Positions 27,161 to 37,027 are shown, numbered from the stretch's first letter. The stretch: 64,000 nt of DNA from Minisyncoccota bacterium (GCA_041648395.1 JBAZPC010000001.1:31173-95172), one strand, 5' to 3'. The notes: generated from the letters alone by a model not told the origin. A program made the numbers and translations.

Positions 27161-28648
27161 TTATTTTTGCCTTAATGTCGGGAATAATATTATTTCTCTG
27201 ATGTTATGCGTATCCGTTAAAAGCATTGCAAGGCGGTCTATGCCGATTCCCAGACCGGCCGCCGGCGGCATGCCGTATTCCATCGCCTCAAGATAATCCT
27301 CGTCGCTCGGAGACACCTCTTTCTCTCCCCTCTCTCGCGCCTTGTCCTGCTCTTTAAATCTCTGTTTTTGATCAAGCGGGTCGTTAAGTTCGGAAAAAGC
27401 GTTCACCGCTTCCACCCCGCCGATTATCAGCTGAAATCTGTCCAATAGGTCGGGGTTATCTGATTTTCTTTTTGCTAACGGCGACGAACCGGCCGGATAA
27501 TCAACGACAAAAGTCGGCTGGATTATTTTCGGACGGCAAAGTTTTTTGAAAATGTTGTCCGTTATTTTTTCCTTGTCCTCAAATTTTTCAACTTTGATGC
27601 CAAATTGCTGGGCCTTCAGGGCCATGTCGTCGCGCGTTTCTTTTTCCGAATTTATTATCAACGCGTATTTTTTTAAAATATCGTAATAAGAAACGATTTC
27701 AAATTTTTTGGCAAAAGATATTTTGTTGCCGTCAAATTGGAGTTCCGTTTTTCCGGTAATTTTTTTGACAATCGCCTTTAAAAATTTTTCCGTGAAATTT
27801 CTTAAATACTCAGCGTCTCTGTACGCTTCGTACATCTCAAGCATGCTGAATTCCGGATTGTGGGTAACATCAATGCCTTCGTTTCTGAAATTTCTTCCCA
27901 ACTCGTACACTTTTGAAAAACCGCCAATCAGTAATTTTTTAAGATAAAGTTCCGGCGCTATTCTCAAATACAAATCCGAATCAAGGGCGTTATGATGCGT
28001 CTTGAACGGCTCCGCCAAAGCCCCACCAGCAAGTAATTGGAGAATCGGCGTTTCCACTTCTAAAAAACCTTCTTTGTCCAAATAATTTCTAATTTCCGAA
28101 ATTATTTTTGAACGCAAGACAAATTTTTTCTTGATATCCTCGTTCGCCAGCAAATCCAAATATCTTTTCCTGAATCTTTCTTCCACATCCTGCAAGCCGT
28201 GCCATTTTTCCGGCAGAGGACGAAGTGATTTCGCCGCCATCTTCCAGCTTAAAACTTTTAATGTTTTTTCTTTTTTCTTAGTAAGAAAAAAGTTTCCTTT
28301 CAATTCCACAAAATCACCAATATCGGTTGTATCCCGAAATAAAGAAAATTGCTCGTCGCCAACCTCATCTTTTTTTATAAACGCCTGAATGGAGGACGAA
28401 CCACCTGTGGTGAGTGATGCCGAACCATCACTAATGTCAAAAAAAACCGCGCCTCCATGCCCGCGAACGGCCATAATCCGGCCGACAAGATACGATGGCT
28501 TCCTGCTTTTTACTAGCTTAGAAAAATTTTTCAGCGCCTCGGCAACAGAAAAATCCCGCTTTACCGAAGCCGGAAAAGGGTCAACGCCTTTCTCTTTTAA
28601 AATCTCCAATTTCCTAACCCGCTCGTTGCGAATGTCGTTTAAACTCAT
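27161..28648 (-). CDS. lysS: Lysine--tRNA ligase (class II)
   Basis: PLPEKWHGL.D.E.R.R.RYLDL, FLEVETP, LRIAPELYLK, FRNEG, HNPEF, YGMPP..G.G.GIDRL. Confidence 0.98.
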   Translation of the reverse strand: MSLNDIRNERVRKLEILKEKGVDPFPASVKRDFSVAEALKNFSKLVKSRKPSYLVGRIMAVRGHGGAVFFDISDGSASLTTGGSSSIQAFIKKDEVGDEQFSLFRDTTDIGDFVELKGNFFLTKKKEKTLKVLSWKMAAKSLRPLPEKWHGLQDVEERFRKRYLDLLANEDIKKKFVLRSKIISEIRNYLDKEGFLEVETPILQLLAGGALAEPFKTHHNALDSDLYLRIAPELYLKKLLIGGFSKVYELGRNFRNEGIDVTHNPEFSMLEMYEAYRDAEYLRNFTEKFLKAIVKKITGKTELQFDGNKISFAKKFEIVSYYDILKKYALIINSEKETRDDMALKAQQFGIKVEKFEDKEKITDNIFKKLCRPKIIQPTFVVDYPAGSSPLAKRKSDNPDLLDRFQLIIGGVEAVNAFSELNDPLDQKQRFKEQDKARERGEKEVSPSDEDYLEAMEYGMPPAAGLGIGIDRLAMLLTDTHNIREIILFPTLRQK

Positions 28649-28684
28649 GGTTTAATTATATAAAATAAAAACTTTGTTGTAAAT

Positions 28685-28721
28685 AAAAAAAGGGCTTTGG
28701 TTTTTGTGCCATAAGCCCTTT
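28685..28721 (-). terminator. Intrinsic terminator
   Basis: AAAGGGCTT.TGG...CCA.AAGCCCTTT, with a T run on the minus strand. Confidence 0.65.
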
Positions 28722-28737
28722 GAATTACAACTTTAGA

Positions 28738-29331
28738 TTAGATAAGCTGGATATTTTTTTCTTTGATGCGGATGCAATAAGTGGGTTTGAGTTGAACTGG
28801 CGCGTCGCCTGTCTTTTTACCCTTCTCGTCTTTTTGCCATTGCGTTATTGGCTGGCCATCGGGATAAAAAAGCGGTATCCGAACTTCGCAATTTATGCTG
28901 ATGTTGTTTTTGCCGACATCAGCGGGATTTACATACGCCCGCACTCTCCACATAGCCACTCTGCATATTTCGTGCAATTCTGTAACTATGTTAGAATTTA
29001 TCTCCTCGCCATCTTGACGAGAAAAAATGTACCTTACCGCATGATACTTTTTTCTTCTCGTGTGGTCGTTCGAGTCAACGCGTTCTTGATAAGACGCGTC
29101 AACTAACACATAACCTTCCAATTTAAGGTCCGAGAGAAAATCGGCAACAGAAACATTTTGAGTTTGCTGAATGAATTGTACGCCCCCATTTAACGTTTTT
29201 CTTTCCTTGTGTTGGCCATATTTTTCCACATTGCGGTGATACACCCACCTCGGAATCAATGCTGGGTTTGAAAAGCTTAACTGCAACATAATATTGCCAA
29301 CAGAATCATCCAGAACCATTATCTTCTCCAT
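28738..29331 (-). CDS. Hypothetical protein
   Basis: 197-aa ORF with SD AAGGAGG, its own promoter and its own terminator. Confidence 0.7.
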   Translation of the reverse strand: MEKIMVLDDSVGNIMLQLSFSNPALIPRWVYHRNVEKYGQHKERKTLNGGVQFIQQTQNVSVADFLSDLKLEGYVLVDASYQERVDSNDHTRRKKYHAVRYIFSRQDGEEINSNIVTELHEICRVAMWRVRAYVNPADVGKNNISINCEVRIPLFYPDGQPITQWQKDEKGKKTGDAPVQLKPTYCIRIKEKNIQLI

Positions 29332-29395
29332 TACTACCTCCTTTCAAAAGTTTTTTATTTTTAAGGTTGTTTTACCCTTTTTCTAAGCCAATTTC

Positions 29396-29424
29396 ATCCT
29401 AGCATATCTGCTATAATTTGTCAA
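29396..29424 (-). promoter_or_regulatory. Sigma70-type promoter
   Basis: TTGACA-N17-TAGGAT with an extended TG on the minus strand. Confidence 0.6.
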
Positions 29425-29428
29425 ATTT

Positions 29429-29472
29429 AAATCTTACCACTGGCAAGCGATCGCTTGGGAATGGTAACATTT
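29429..29472. repeat. Tripartite palindrome copy 3
   Basis: aaatctTACC actggcaa GCGATCGC ttgggaat GGTAacattt. Its reverse complement closely resembles copy 1. Confidence 0.8.
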
Positions 29473-29504
29473 TTATTATTTGATTTTATTCGTTTTATTT
29501 AATT

Positions 29505-31178
29505 TTATTTTAAATACTCCGGCGTATTCACACTCATCCAATCTAAAAGCTGGCGCATGACGGCAGGCGCGCCGACAAGATTGGCGTAAGGTCCTTTTTC
29601 CATGACCAGCGCAAAAGCGTATTTCGGATTATTGTAAGGCCAAAAACCGATAATCCACGAGTTAACATATTTCTTCGCCGCGCCGACCTCGGCTGTCCCC
29701 GTTTTCGCCGCGATATTGACGCCCCAAATATTCAACGCCGACGCTGTGCCCTCCGTCACTCCCATCCTCATCCCCTCGTGAACAACTTGAAAATAATTTT
29801 GAGGGATATTTAAGTCGCGAATTATTTGCAAATTATTTTTAGAATTGTCGCGAAGCAAGTGCGGTTGAATTATTTTTCCGCTATTCGCCACGGCCGCGGC
29901 ATAAACCGCCATTTCAATCGGCGTGACATGAAAATATCCCTGGCCGATGGACGCGTTATAGGTGTCGCCTATTCTCCATATTGGGTCCTCGGGACTGCTC
30001 TTCGCCTTAAGTTCCGCGTTCGGCACCGTCCCGTTTGTTTCGCCATTCAGGTCAATTTTTGTTTTTAAATCAAAACCGAATTTTTCCGCGTATTCTTCTA
30101 TTTTTTTTATACCCAACCCCTTCTGCCCTTCAAATCCTCCGCCGACTTCATAAAAATAAACATCCGAAGAAACGGCGAGAGCTCTTCTCATATCCACCCA
30201 GCCGTGCGCTTTCCAATCCTTAAATATACTTTTTTTGTCGGGGAAAAACGGATTAGGAAGAGAAATAAAGCCGGCGCTGAAAATTTGTTTTTCCGGCGTT
30301 ATAACCCCTTCATTTAAAGCGGCGATGGCGATAAGCGGTTTTATGATGGAACCGGGCGCGTATAAGCCGGAAATGGCGCGATTCAAAAACGGCTTGTTTG
30401 TATCACCGATAAATTCTTTTATTTTTTCTTTCTGCTCGCCTTTGGAGAGAATTTCGGAATTGTATTCGGGATAGCTTACCAAAGACAAAACTTCTCCATT
30501 GTTGGCGTCAAGGATAATGCCGGCGCCCCCCTTGAATCCCCTTTCTTCGGCTGTTGATTTTATGGAATTAAAAAGCTGCGCTTGTATTTTTGAATCAATC
30601 GTGAGAATCGCGTCCTTGCCTTGCTCCGGTTGTTTTTGCAAGCTTTCAGAAATGACATTGTTTTGAGAATCAACTTCGCTTATTTTCACTCCCGCTTCGC
30701 CGAAAAGCATTTTTTCGTAAATTTTTTCTATGCCGTTTTTACCGGTCACGGCTTCCCTAATTGCGTCTTTGTTGTTTGCTAAATCTTCTTCCGACGGAAG
30801 GCCTAAATATCCCAAAACATGGCCGAATCCGCCGGCCTCCGCGTATTTCCTTAAATCTATATCGTTCCACGCCAATTTTTCTTTATTGCGGTCGTAAATT
30901 ATGCCTCTGTTCGGAATAATAAAAATTTTCTTCAAGCTGTTGCTCTCGCTCCTCTTGGCATAATCCTCCCCGTGCACCGCCTGCAGAAAAAAAATCTTCG
31001 TCGCGAAAAGAAGCCCTATCGCCAAAAAAACGGAAACCGCGCCGTAAAAAGATCTCTTGCTTATCGGCCTCTCTATCTTCCCTTCCATTTGCTGAACGTC
31101 AAAGCCGGGAATATTTTTTGAATCCATGAATATCTCGTCGGGATAAATAGAGGGGTCTTTTTTTCTTTTCTTGAACAT
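29505..31178 (-). CDS. mrdA: Penicillin-binding protein 2
   Basis: RG.IYDRN, PGSIIK (SxxK), SSD (SxN variant), KTGTAE; lies in the mre cluster. Confidence 0.93.
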   Translation of the reverse strand: MFKKRKKDPSIYPDEIFMDSKNIPGFDVQQMEGKIERPISKRSFYGAVSVFLAIGLLFATKIFFLQAVHGEDYAKRSESNSLKKIFIIPNRGIIYDRNKEKLAWNDIDLRKYAEAGGFGHVLGYLGLPSEEDLANNKDAIREAVTGKNGIEKIYEKMLFGEAGVKISEVDSQNNVISESLQKQPEQGKDAILTIDSKIQAQLFNSIKSTAEERGFKGGAGIILDANNGEVLSLVSYPEYNSEILSKGEQKEKIKEFIGDTNKPFLNRAISGLYAPGSIIKPLIAIAALNEGVITPEKQIFSAGFISLPNPFFPDKKSIFKDWKAHGWVDMRRALAVSSDVYFYEVGGGFEGQKGLGIKKIEEYAEKFGFDLKTKIDLNGETNGTVPNAELKAKSSPEDPIWRIGDTYNASIGQGYFHVTPIEMAVYAAAVANSGKIIQPHLLRDNSKNNLQIIRDLNIPQNYFQVVHEGMRMGVTEGTASALNIWGVNIAAKTGTAEVGAAKKYVNSWIIGFWPYNNPKYAFALVMEKGPYANLVGAPAVMRQLLDWMSVNTPEYLK

Positions 31179-31179
31179 C

Positions 31180-31443
31180 TTAGGAAAATAATCTTATTTT
31201 TTTTCTTATTATTTTTGACACTAAAACCAAAACCAGCGCGGTTGCCGTAAAAATTCCGAATCGGCCGTAAATTTTTGCGCCGGGTATTGAGTATAATGAA
31301 TCAAAAATTAAACCGGCCAGCGCCGCTTCCCAAAAATTCCCGAATAAAATTATGAAAACAACCGCCAGAACCGCGGTCCATTGCCACGGCAAAATAAACA
31401 AGCAAGAAAAAAATATAACGTCGGCAATAATTCTTTTTATCAT
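31180..31443 (-). CDS. Small membrane protein at the mreD position
   Basis: Three hydrophobic segments and GLIFD, between mreC and mrdA. Confidence 0.6.
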   Translation of the reverse strand: MIKRIIADVIFFSCLFILPWQWTAVLAVVFIILFGNFWEAALAGLIFDSLYSIPGAKIYGRFGIFTATALVLVLVSKIIRKKIRLFS

Positions 31444-32222
31444 TTCTTTATTGCCACGTATTTAAGTTCCTGCAGATTGAACGGAAATCTGAAATACAGC
31501 TTTTGAAACGGGTCCGAAGGATTTATTTCTATTTTATCTATTATCCCTATAAGTATGGATTTAACATCAAATGTCACCACTTTTTCTCCCGCGTTAACCT
31601 CAATTGATTTCGGTATCTTTATTTCAAAATTACCGTCTCCTTTTCCCGCAGCGATTACCTGATTATTGGAAGAAAGCAAAACGGCATTCGTTTCGTCGCC
31701 CGGGAAAGAAATAAGTTTTATTTTGCTTGAATCGCTAAAAATCTCAAAAACATAACCGATTAAAATATTATCGTAGGCCCAAACCTGCATGCCGTTTTTT
31801 ATCCCCCTTTCGGAGCCAGCATCAACGATTAAAATGTCGTATGGCGATTTTGGCGGACGGCTTATCACGCGGGCGGCAAAAAATTCATTCTTATTCGACC
31901 AAGACATGATATCTTTTAATTCTTTGTTTTCTTTCTCTAAAATTTCATAGGCCAATAATTTCGTTTCCATTTCTGCCAACTTATCTTTTAAAACAAGATT
32001 TTCTTTTGAGAGCGTTTCTTTGCCGCTCAAAAGATAAGAATTGTTATCCGCCCAATTTACAATTGAACTGCCGAAATTCAAAAACGGCCGGAATACAGCA
32101 GTTCCTAAATTAACGGCAAAATTTCTTGCAGAACCGACAAATACCGCAAGCAAAAAAAGAATAAATAAAAAAAGCCCGACAAGAAACTTTTTATTTTGGC
32201 GGGATTTCATCATCATGGTCAA
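31440..32222 (-). CDS. mreC: Rod shape-determining protein MreC
   Basis: TM, coiled coil (LEKENKELK), A.VI.RP...PYD...D.G...G. Confidence 0.88.
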   Translation of the reverse strand: MTMMMKSRQNKKFLVGLFLFILFLLAVFVGSARNFAVNLGTAVFRPFLNFGSSIVNWADNNSYLLSGKETLSKENLVLKDKLAEMETKLLAYEILEKENKELKDIMSWSNKNEFFAARVISRPPKSPYDILIVDAGSERGIKNGMQVWAYDNILIGYVFEIFSDSSKIKLISFPGDETNAVLLSSNNQVIAAGKGDGNFEIKIPKSIEVNAGEKVVTFDVKSILIGIIDKIEINPSDPFQKLYFRFPFNLQELKYVAIKK

Positions 32223-33243
32223 CTAAAACATTTCTAAATTTTTCCAAATCTTCAAGCACTATGCCCGTGCCTCTCACCACGGCAGTCATAGGGTCCTCCG
32301 GAACTTGAACTGGTACTTTTATTTCAGATTCAAAAAGCTGGGCTAGCCCTCTCAAAAACGACCCTCCTCCGACAAGAATAATACCCCTGTGCATTATGTC
32401 CGCCAAAAGTTCGGGAGGAGTGTCTTCTGCCACTTCTTTTGTCGCCTTAATCAAAGCGCGAACGGATTTTATGATGGCTTCGCGAATATCAACGTCCGTC
32501 ACTGCCACTTCCCTCGGCAAGCCGCTCACCAAGTCCCTGCCCCTGACAACGGTTTCCAGCCCTTCTCCATTTTTTGACACGGAACCGATGGCAATTTTCA
32601 CGTCTTCGGCCGTTTTTTCGCCGATTAAAATTTTAAATTCATCGCGCATATAATCAATAATATCTTGGTTAAATCTGTCTCCGGCAATACGTATATTTTT
32701 TGAAACAACAATGCCCCCGAGCGAAATAACGGCGATATCGGTTGTGCCTCCGCCGATATCAATAATAATATTTCCAATCGGCTCGTGAATAGGTAGACGA
32801 ACACCAATTGCCGCCGCCATCGGCTCTTCCACGATAAAAACTTCCCGAGCGCCGGCGTTTCTTGCCGCGTCCCTCACTGCCCTTATTTCCACGTTGGTTA
32901 TGCCCGAAGGAACGCCTATCACGACTCTTGGCCTCATAAAAAATTTTGACGAGCCCTGATGGACTTTTTTAATGAAATAAGAAAGCATTTCTTCAGTGAT
33001 TTCAAAATCAGAAATGACTCCTTCAACCAGTGGACGGACAACAGAAATGTGCGCTGGCGTCCTGCCGGCCATTTTTTTCGCTTCGTTTCCTATGGCCACC
33101 ACTTGGTCGGTTTTTTTATTGAACGCCACAATTGACGGCTCATTGATGACAATACCGCGCCCGCGCACATAAACAAGAGTATTGGCGGTGCCAAGGTCAA
33201 TTCCTATGTCGGTTGAAAATAATCCGTAAAATTTATTAAGCAT
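32191..33243 (-). CDS. mreB: Rod shape-determining protein MreB
   Basis: DIGIDLGTANT, EPMAAAIG, DIGGGTT, GE.TAE..K, TPPEL, GGG. Confidence 0.98.
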   Translation of the reverse strand: MLNKFYGLFSTDIGIDLGTANTLVYVRGRGIVINEPSIVAFNKKTDQVVAIGNEAKKMAGRTPAHISVVRPLVEGVISDFEITEEMLSYFIKKVHQGSSKFFMRPRVVIGVPSGITNVEIRAVRDAARNAGAREVFIVEEPMAAAIGVRLPIHEPIGNIIIDIGGGTTDIAVISLGGIVVSKNIRIAGDRFNQDIIDYMRDEFKILIGEKTAEDVKIAIGSVSKNGEGLETVVRGRDLVSGLPREVAVTDVDIREAIIKSVRALIKATKEVAEDTPPELLADIMHRGIILVGGGSFLRGLAQLFESEIKVPVQVPEDPMTAVVRGTGIVLEDLEKFRNVLVDHDDEIPPK

Positions 33244-33262
33244 AATGCTAAAAATGCTAATT

Positions 33263-34510
33263 TTATGCGAATAACGCGAAAAACTTTTTTCTTGTAATTA
33301 ATTTAACCTTTTGCTCCCCTCTCTTTTTAAGTTCAACCATATCTTCTTTTATTGTTTTCTCACTCACTACCACCCTGTATGGAATGCCGATTAAGTCGGC
33401 GTCGGCGAATTTCTCGCCAGCCGTGATATCCTCTCTGTCATCATAAAGTACCTCAACACCAGTTTTTTGTAAATCTGCATAAAGTTTGTCGGCATAAGAT
33501 TTAAGGTTTGAGATTTGAGGTTTGAGATTAAGTAGGTGTACTGCGAACGGCGCCACCGATTCCGGCCAAATTATGCCTTTGTCGTCGTGATTTAATTCCG
33601 CAATAGCTCCCAGAAGCCGCGTCAGACCCATTCCGTAACAGCCCATGATAACGTTGTTTTGATTGCCATCTTTGTCTGTAAACTTTAAACCGAATGGATC
33701 TGAATATTTGGTCATTAACTTGAATATGTTTCCAACTTCAATGGCTTTTTCTTCCCGAAAATTCTTACCGCCACAAGTTGGGCAAACACTCTGTTCATTA
33801 AATATTTCTTTATTTATAGCTATCTTGCATTTTTCGCACAGAAAAATAGCGTCTTCGCCCGCCTCGCTCAACATTTGGAATTCGTGGGAATATTTTGAAA
33901 ATGTCCCGCCGGAGGCAAAAGTGAGATGGGTCTTATCGCCTATTCCGCATTTATCAAAAATATTTTTGTAATGCGTTTTCATTTTTTCGTAATAATTTTC
34001 AAGGTCTTTTTCGTCCGCATGGAAAGAATAAAGATCCTTCATCACAAATTCCCTGCCTCTTAAAATGCCTGATTTCGCGCGTTTTTCGTCCCTGAATTTC
34101 GTCTGAATTTGAAAAAGAGAGAACGGCAAATTTTTGTAAGAAAGTGAAAATTTTCCCGCCAACGGCGAGACAATTTCCTCGTGGGTCGGACCGAGAGCAA
34201 ATTCTATTTTTGAATAATGGCTCGTGAATCTAAAAAGAGAATCGAGTGAATCCCATCTGTCGGTTTTTATCCAGTTTTCTTTCGGCTGAAGCGCAGGCAT
34301 CAGAATTTCCTGTCCGCCGGCTTTGTTCATTTCCTCGCGGATAATGTTTTCAATTTTTTTGAGCGCGCGCAGACCGAGAGGCAAATAAGTGTAGACGCCG
34401 GCCATGAGTTTGTCCGTAAAACCGGCGCGCGCCAAAAGCATGGCATTCGCCGAAATTTCATCCTTCGGCGCCTCCTTTGCGGTTCTAGGGAAAAGTTTAG
34501 ATTGAAGCAT
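33263..34510 (-). CDS. proS: Proline--tRNA ligase (short form, no editing insertion)
   Basis: LGPTHEE, QIQTKFRDE.R...G..RGREF.MKD.YSF, EVGNIF.L, MGCYG.G, GEKFADADLIG. Confidence 0.95.
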   Translation of the reverse strand: MLQSKLFPRTAKEAPKDEISANAMLLARAGFTDKLMAGVYTYLPLGLRALKKIENIIREEMNKAGGQEILMPALQPKENWIKTDRWDSLDSLFRFTSHYSKIEFALGPTHEEIVSPLAGKFSLSYKNLPFSLFQIQTKFRDEKRAKSGILRGREFVMKDLYSFHADEKDLENYYEKMKTHYKNIFDKCGIGDKTHLTFASGGTFSKYSHEFQMLSEAGEDAIFLCEKCKIAINKEIFNEQSVCPTCGGKNFREEKAIEVGNIFKLMTKYSDPFGLKFTDKDGNQNNVIMGCYGMGLTRLLGAIAELNHDDKGIIWPESVAPFAVHLLNLKPQISNLKSYADKLYADLQKTGVEVLYDDREDITAGEKFADADLIGIPYRVVVSEKTIKEDMVELKKRGEQKVKLITRKKFFALFA

Positions 34511-34533
34511 ATTACCCCAATTCTAGCACCTTC

Positions 34534-35601
34534 CTATATTAACTTCAAAATGTCGCGGTAGGTAATCGCCAGCATAAGAATTAAGAGTAACGCCATGCCG
34601 ATACCGTGAGTTATGTTGCTGACTTTTGAGCTCACCGGCGAGCCTTTTATTTTTTCTATCAAAAGGAAAAGTAATCGCCCGCCGTCCAACGCCGGGAGCG
34701 GGAGAATATTTATCACCGCAAGATTAACCGAGAGCATAGCGATAAATCCGAGAATATAAGCGAAACCGAATTTTGCCGCCGTACTCGTGATGCCGATTAT
34801 GCCGACTGGTCCCATCACCTGGTCCAGTCCGCTTGTCCCTTTTATGGCGCCGTAGATAAAATAAAAAATTGACTGGGCCACGGCAATCAGCAAAAAATAA
34901 GTTGTCTTCAATCCTTCCCAAATTGATTTGTACCATGAAAACTTTATCGTTCCGATTTCATCCATAGCTATGCCTATCGCCCCTTGGCCGGCGGGCGGGT
35001 TCACTCTCGGTGTTATTTTTATAGAAGAAATTTTGTCTTCTCTTTTATAATTTATACCAGTTTCTTTTCCTTTATTCTCCAAAATAAATTTTTGCGCCTC
35101 TTCAACTGAATTAAAACCAACAAGTTCGTCTCCGGGCTGCAAGCCAGCCGTCCTTGCCGGTGAATTTTCTTGAACTTCTAAAATAATCACTTTTTTATCG
35201 TTTATTTCCGCGCCAGGCGGAACAGCTCCGACGCTGGTCGGCATTCCCGCCAGATACCCCACAGATATTAAAAACCACGCCAAAATAACATTAAAAATGA
35301 CACCCGCAATAATAACCAAAGCGCGAATGCCAACTGATTTTGACGCAAAACTTCTTTGGTCATTAACCTCTTGTGGTGAGCTTGTCGAACCATCCTCGCC
35401 GTAAATTTTTACGAATCCGCCGAAAGGAATAAGGTTGATTGAATAAATCGTCTCGCCTTTTTTAAAGCTGAAAAGCCGCGGAGGAAAGCCAAAACCAAAC
35501 TCGTCAACTCTAATTCCGCTTTTTTTGGCGACAATAAAATGCCCGAATTCATGGGATAAAACTAAAATAGCTAAAACCGCAAAAAATAAAATAAAAGACA
35601 T
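34534..35601 (-). CDS. rseP: RseP/RIP zinc metalloprotease (M50)
   Basis: HEFGH, F.FGFPP, PFGGFV, PDZ domain, NILPLPALDGG. Confidence 0.93.
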   Translation of the reverse strand: MSFILFFAVLAILVLSHEFGHFIVAKKSGIRVDEFGFGFPPRLFSFKKGETIYSINLIPFGGFVKIYGEDGSTSSPQEVNDQRSFASKSVGIRALVIIAGVIFNVILAWFLISVGYLAGMPTSVGAVPPGAEINDKKVIILEVQENSPARTAGLQPGDELVGFNSVEEAQKFILENKGKETGINYKREDKISSIKITPRVNPPAGQGAIGIAMDEIGTIKFSWYKSIWEGLKTTYFLLIAVAQSIFYFIYGAIKGTSGLDQVMGPVGIIGITSTAAKFGFAYILGFIAMLSVNLAVINILPLPALDGGRLLFLLIEKIKGSPVSSKVSNITHGIGMALLLILMLAITYRDILKLI

Positions 35602-35612
35602 TTAAAAAATTT

Positions 35613-36161
35613 CTAATTTCTAATTTCTAATTCTTTTCTCTCTATCATCTCTTCAATTTCTTTTGAAAATCCGTCAATGATTTTCTGTAATTCGTCTTTG
35701 AGCCGGAATTTGTCGTCTTCGGGAATTTCCCCGTTTCTTTCCTTTTCTTGGACGTCTTTCCAAACTTCTTCTCTTGCCAACTTCAAAGAAATTTTTGCTT
35801 CTTCTAATTTATCGTAAAGAATTTTTATAAGTGATTTTCTTCTTTCCTCGGTAAGTTCGGGCATCGTCACGCGCACCGATTGCTTGTCCGCGATCGGCTG
35901 AATGCCGAGATTAGAACTGATTATGGCGTGTTCAATATTTTTCAGCATTCCCGCGTCCCACGGCGTGACACGCAAAGTTCTCGCGTCTTCCGCGCTGATT
36001 GAAGCGACATGCTTCAACGGCACGCGCGAGCCGTAAGAATCGACAACAAGATTTTCCACCAGCGCCGGAGTCGCCCGGCCGGTGCGAAGAGAAGATGATT
36101 CCTTTTTCATCCATTCTTTTATTTCCTCTCCTTTCTTTTTTATTTGGGAAAAATCGTACAT
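35613..36161 (-). CDS. frr: Ribosome recycling factor
   Basis: LRTGRA.P, V.SYG, P.LTEERR, ED. Confidence 0.95.
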   Translation of the reverse strand: MYDFSQIKKKGEEIKEWMKKESSSLRTGRATPALVENLVVDSYGSRVPLKHVASISAEDARTLRVTPWDAGMLKNIEHAIISSNLGIQPIADKQSVRVTMPELTEERRKSLIKILYDKLEEAKISLKLAREEVWKDVQEKERNGEIPEDDKFRLKDELQKIIDGFSKEIEEMIERKELEIRN

Positions 36162-36179
36162 AAGCTGACTGTTTTCATT

Positions 36180-36908
36180 CTATATCTTTGGCAGAGTTAA
36201 AGCAAGATATTCCATTATCATTTTTACCGATGGCGAACGGTCAAAAAGAAATTCCCGCGCTTTTTGTATTACTCCCAGCGCCAAGAAGTTCGGCTTCTTT
36301 AAAGAAGCCGAACTTCTTATTATCATTTCTAAACCATTCAAAAATTCAACTGCTTCCGTTTTGTCTTTAAAAAATTTTTCGGCTATTTTTACCCGTTTGG
36401 CGGGCAAGCTCCCCAAAAAATCAAGACAAACTTTTTTTGTTTCTTCAGTAATTTCTTTTTCCCCCCCCGATTCTTCTATAACCACAAAACGGGAACGAAG
36501 AGTCGGGATAACAGCATCGGCAGACGGCACGAGAATAAAAAAATGCGTTCCCTCAAACGGCTCTTCAAATGTTTTAAGCAGAGCGTTGGCCGATTCAACG
36601 CTGAAAGAAAAAACTTCCGCCACAAAAACTTTATTGCTCCCCAGCAACGGTCTTTGGCTGGCCCACAATAAAAGCTTTCTGCTTTCATCTACGCCGAAAA
36701 GATTGAATTTTTCATAAAAAAAATCTGGATGCGTCTCTAACCGACGCCCGGCGTCGGTGAAATCACCGACGCCGGGCGTCGGTTCCGTTTCCAGTAAAAC
36801 TTTTGCCGCTTCAAACGCCATCTTGCGCGAAGCATCATAATCCCCCGCCAACAAATAAGCGTGCTGGAACTCTTTTTTTTCTATGTGAGCTTTTAAAACG
36901 GGATTCAT
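36180..36908 (-). CDS. holB: DNA polymerase III delta'-like clamp loader subunit
   Basis: HAYL, HPD, ANALLK..EEP, TLRSR. Confidence 0.75.
   Translation of the reverse strand: MNPVLKAHIEKKEFQHAYLLAGDYDASRKMAFEAAKVLLETEPTPGVGDFTDAGRRLETHPDFFYEKFNLFGVDESRKLLLWASQRPLLGSNKVFVAEVFSFSVESANALLKTFEEPFEGTHFFILVPSADAVIPTLRSRFVVIEESGGEKEITEETKKVCLDFLGSLPAKRVKIAEKFFKDKTEAVEFLNGLEMIIRSSASLKKPNFLALGVIQKAREFLFDRSPSVKMIMEYLALTLPKI
36739..36784. repeat. Perfect 22-bp inverted repeat (REP-doublet-like) inside the holB-like CDS
   Basis: AACCGACGCCCGGCGTCGGTGA-aa-TCACCGACGCCGGGCGTCGGTT; each arm is itself palindromic. Confidence 0.9.
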
Positions 36909-36953
36909 AATTTGATAATACTGAAAAACATGTTAAAATTCAATCACAATTAA

Positions 36954-37024
36954 GGGCCTATAGTTTAGTGGCAGAACACCGCTTTTGCATAGCGGATACG
37001 CCAGTTCGATTCTGGCTAGGTCCA
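36954..37024 (+). tRNA. tRNA-Ala(UGC); CCA not encoded
   Basis: Acceptor GGGCCTA/TAGGTCC with G3:U70; anticodon arm CCGCT-TTTGCAT-AGCGG; T arm GCCAG-TTCGATT-CTGGC. Confidence 0.95.
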
Positions 37025-37027
37025 AAA

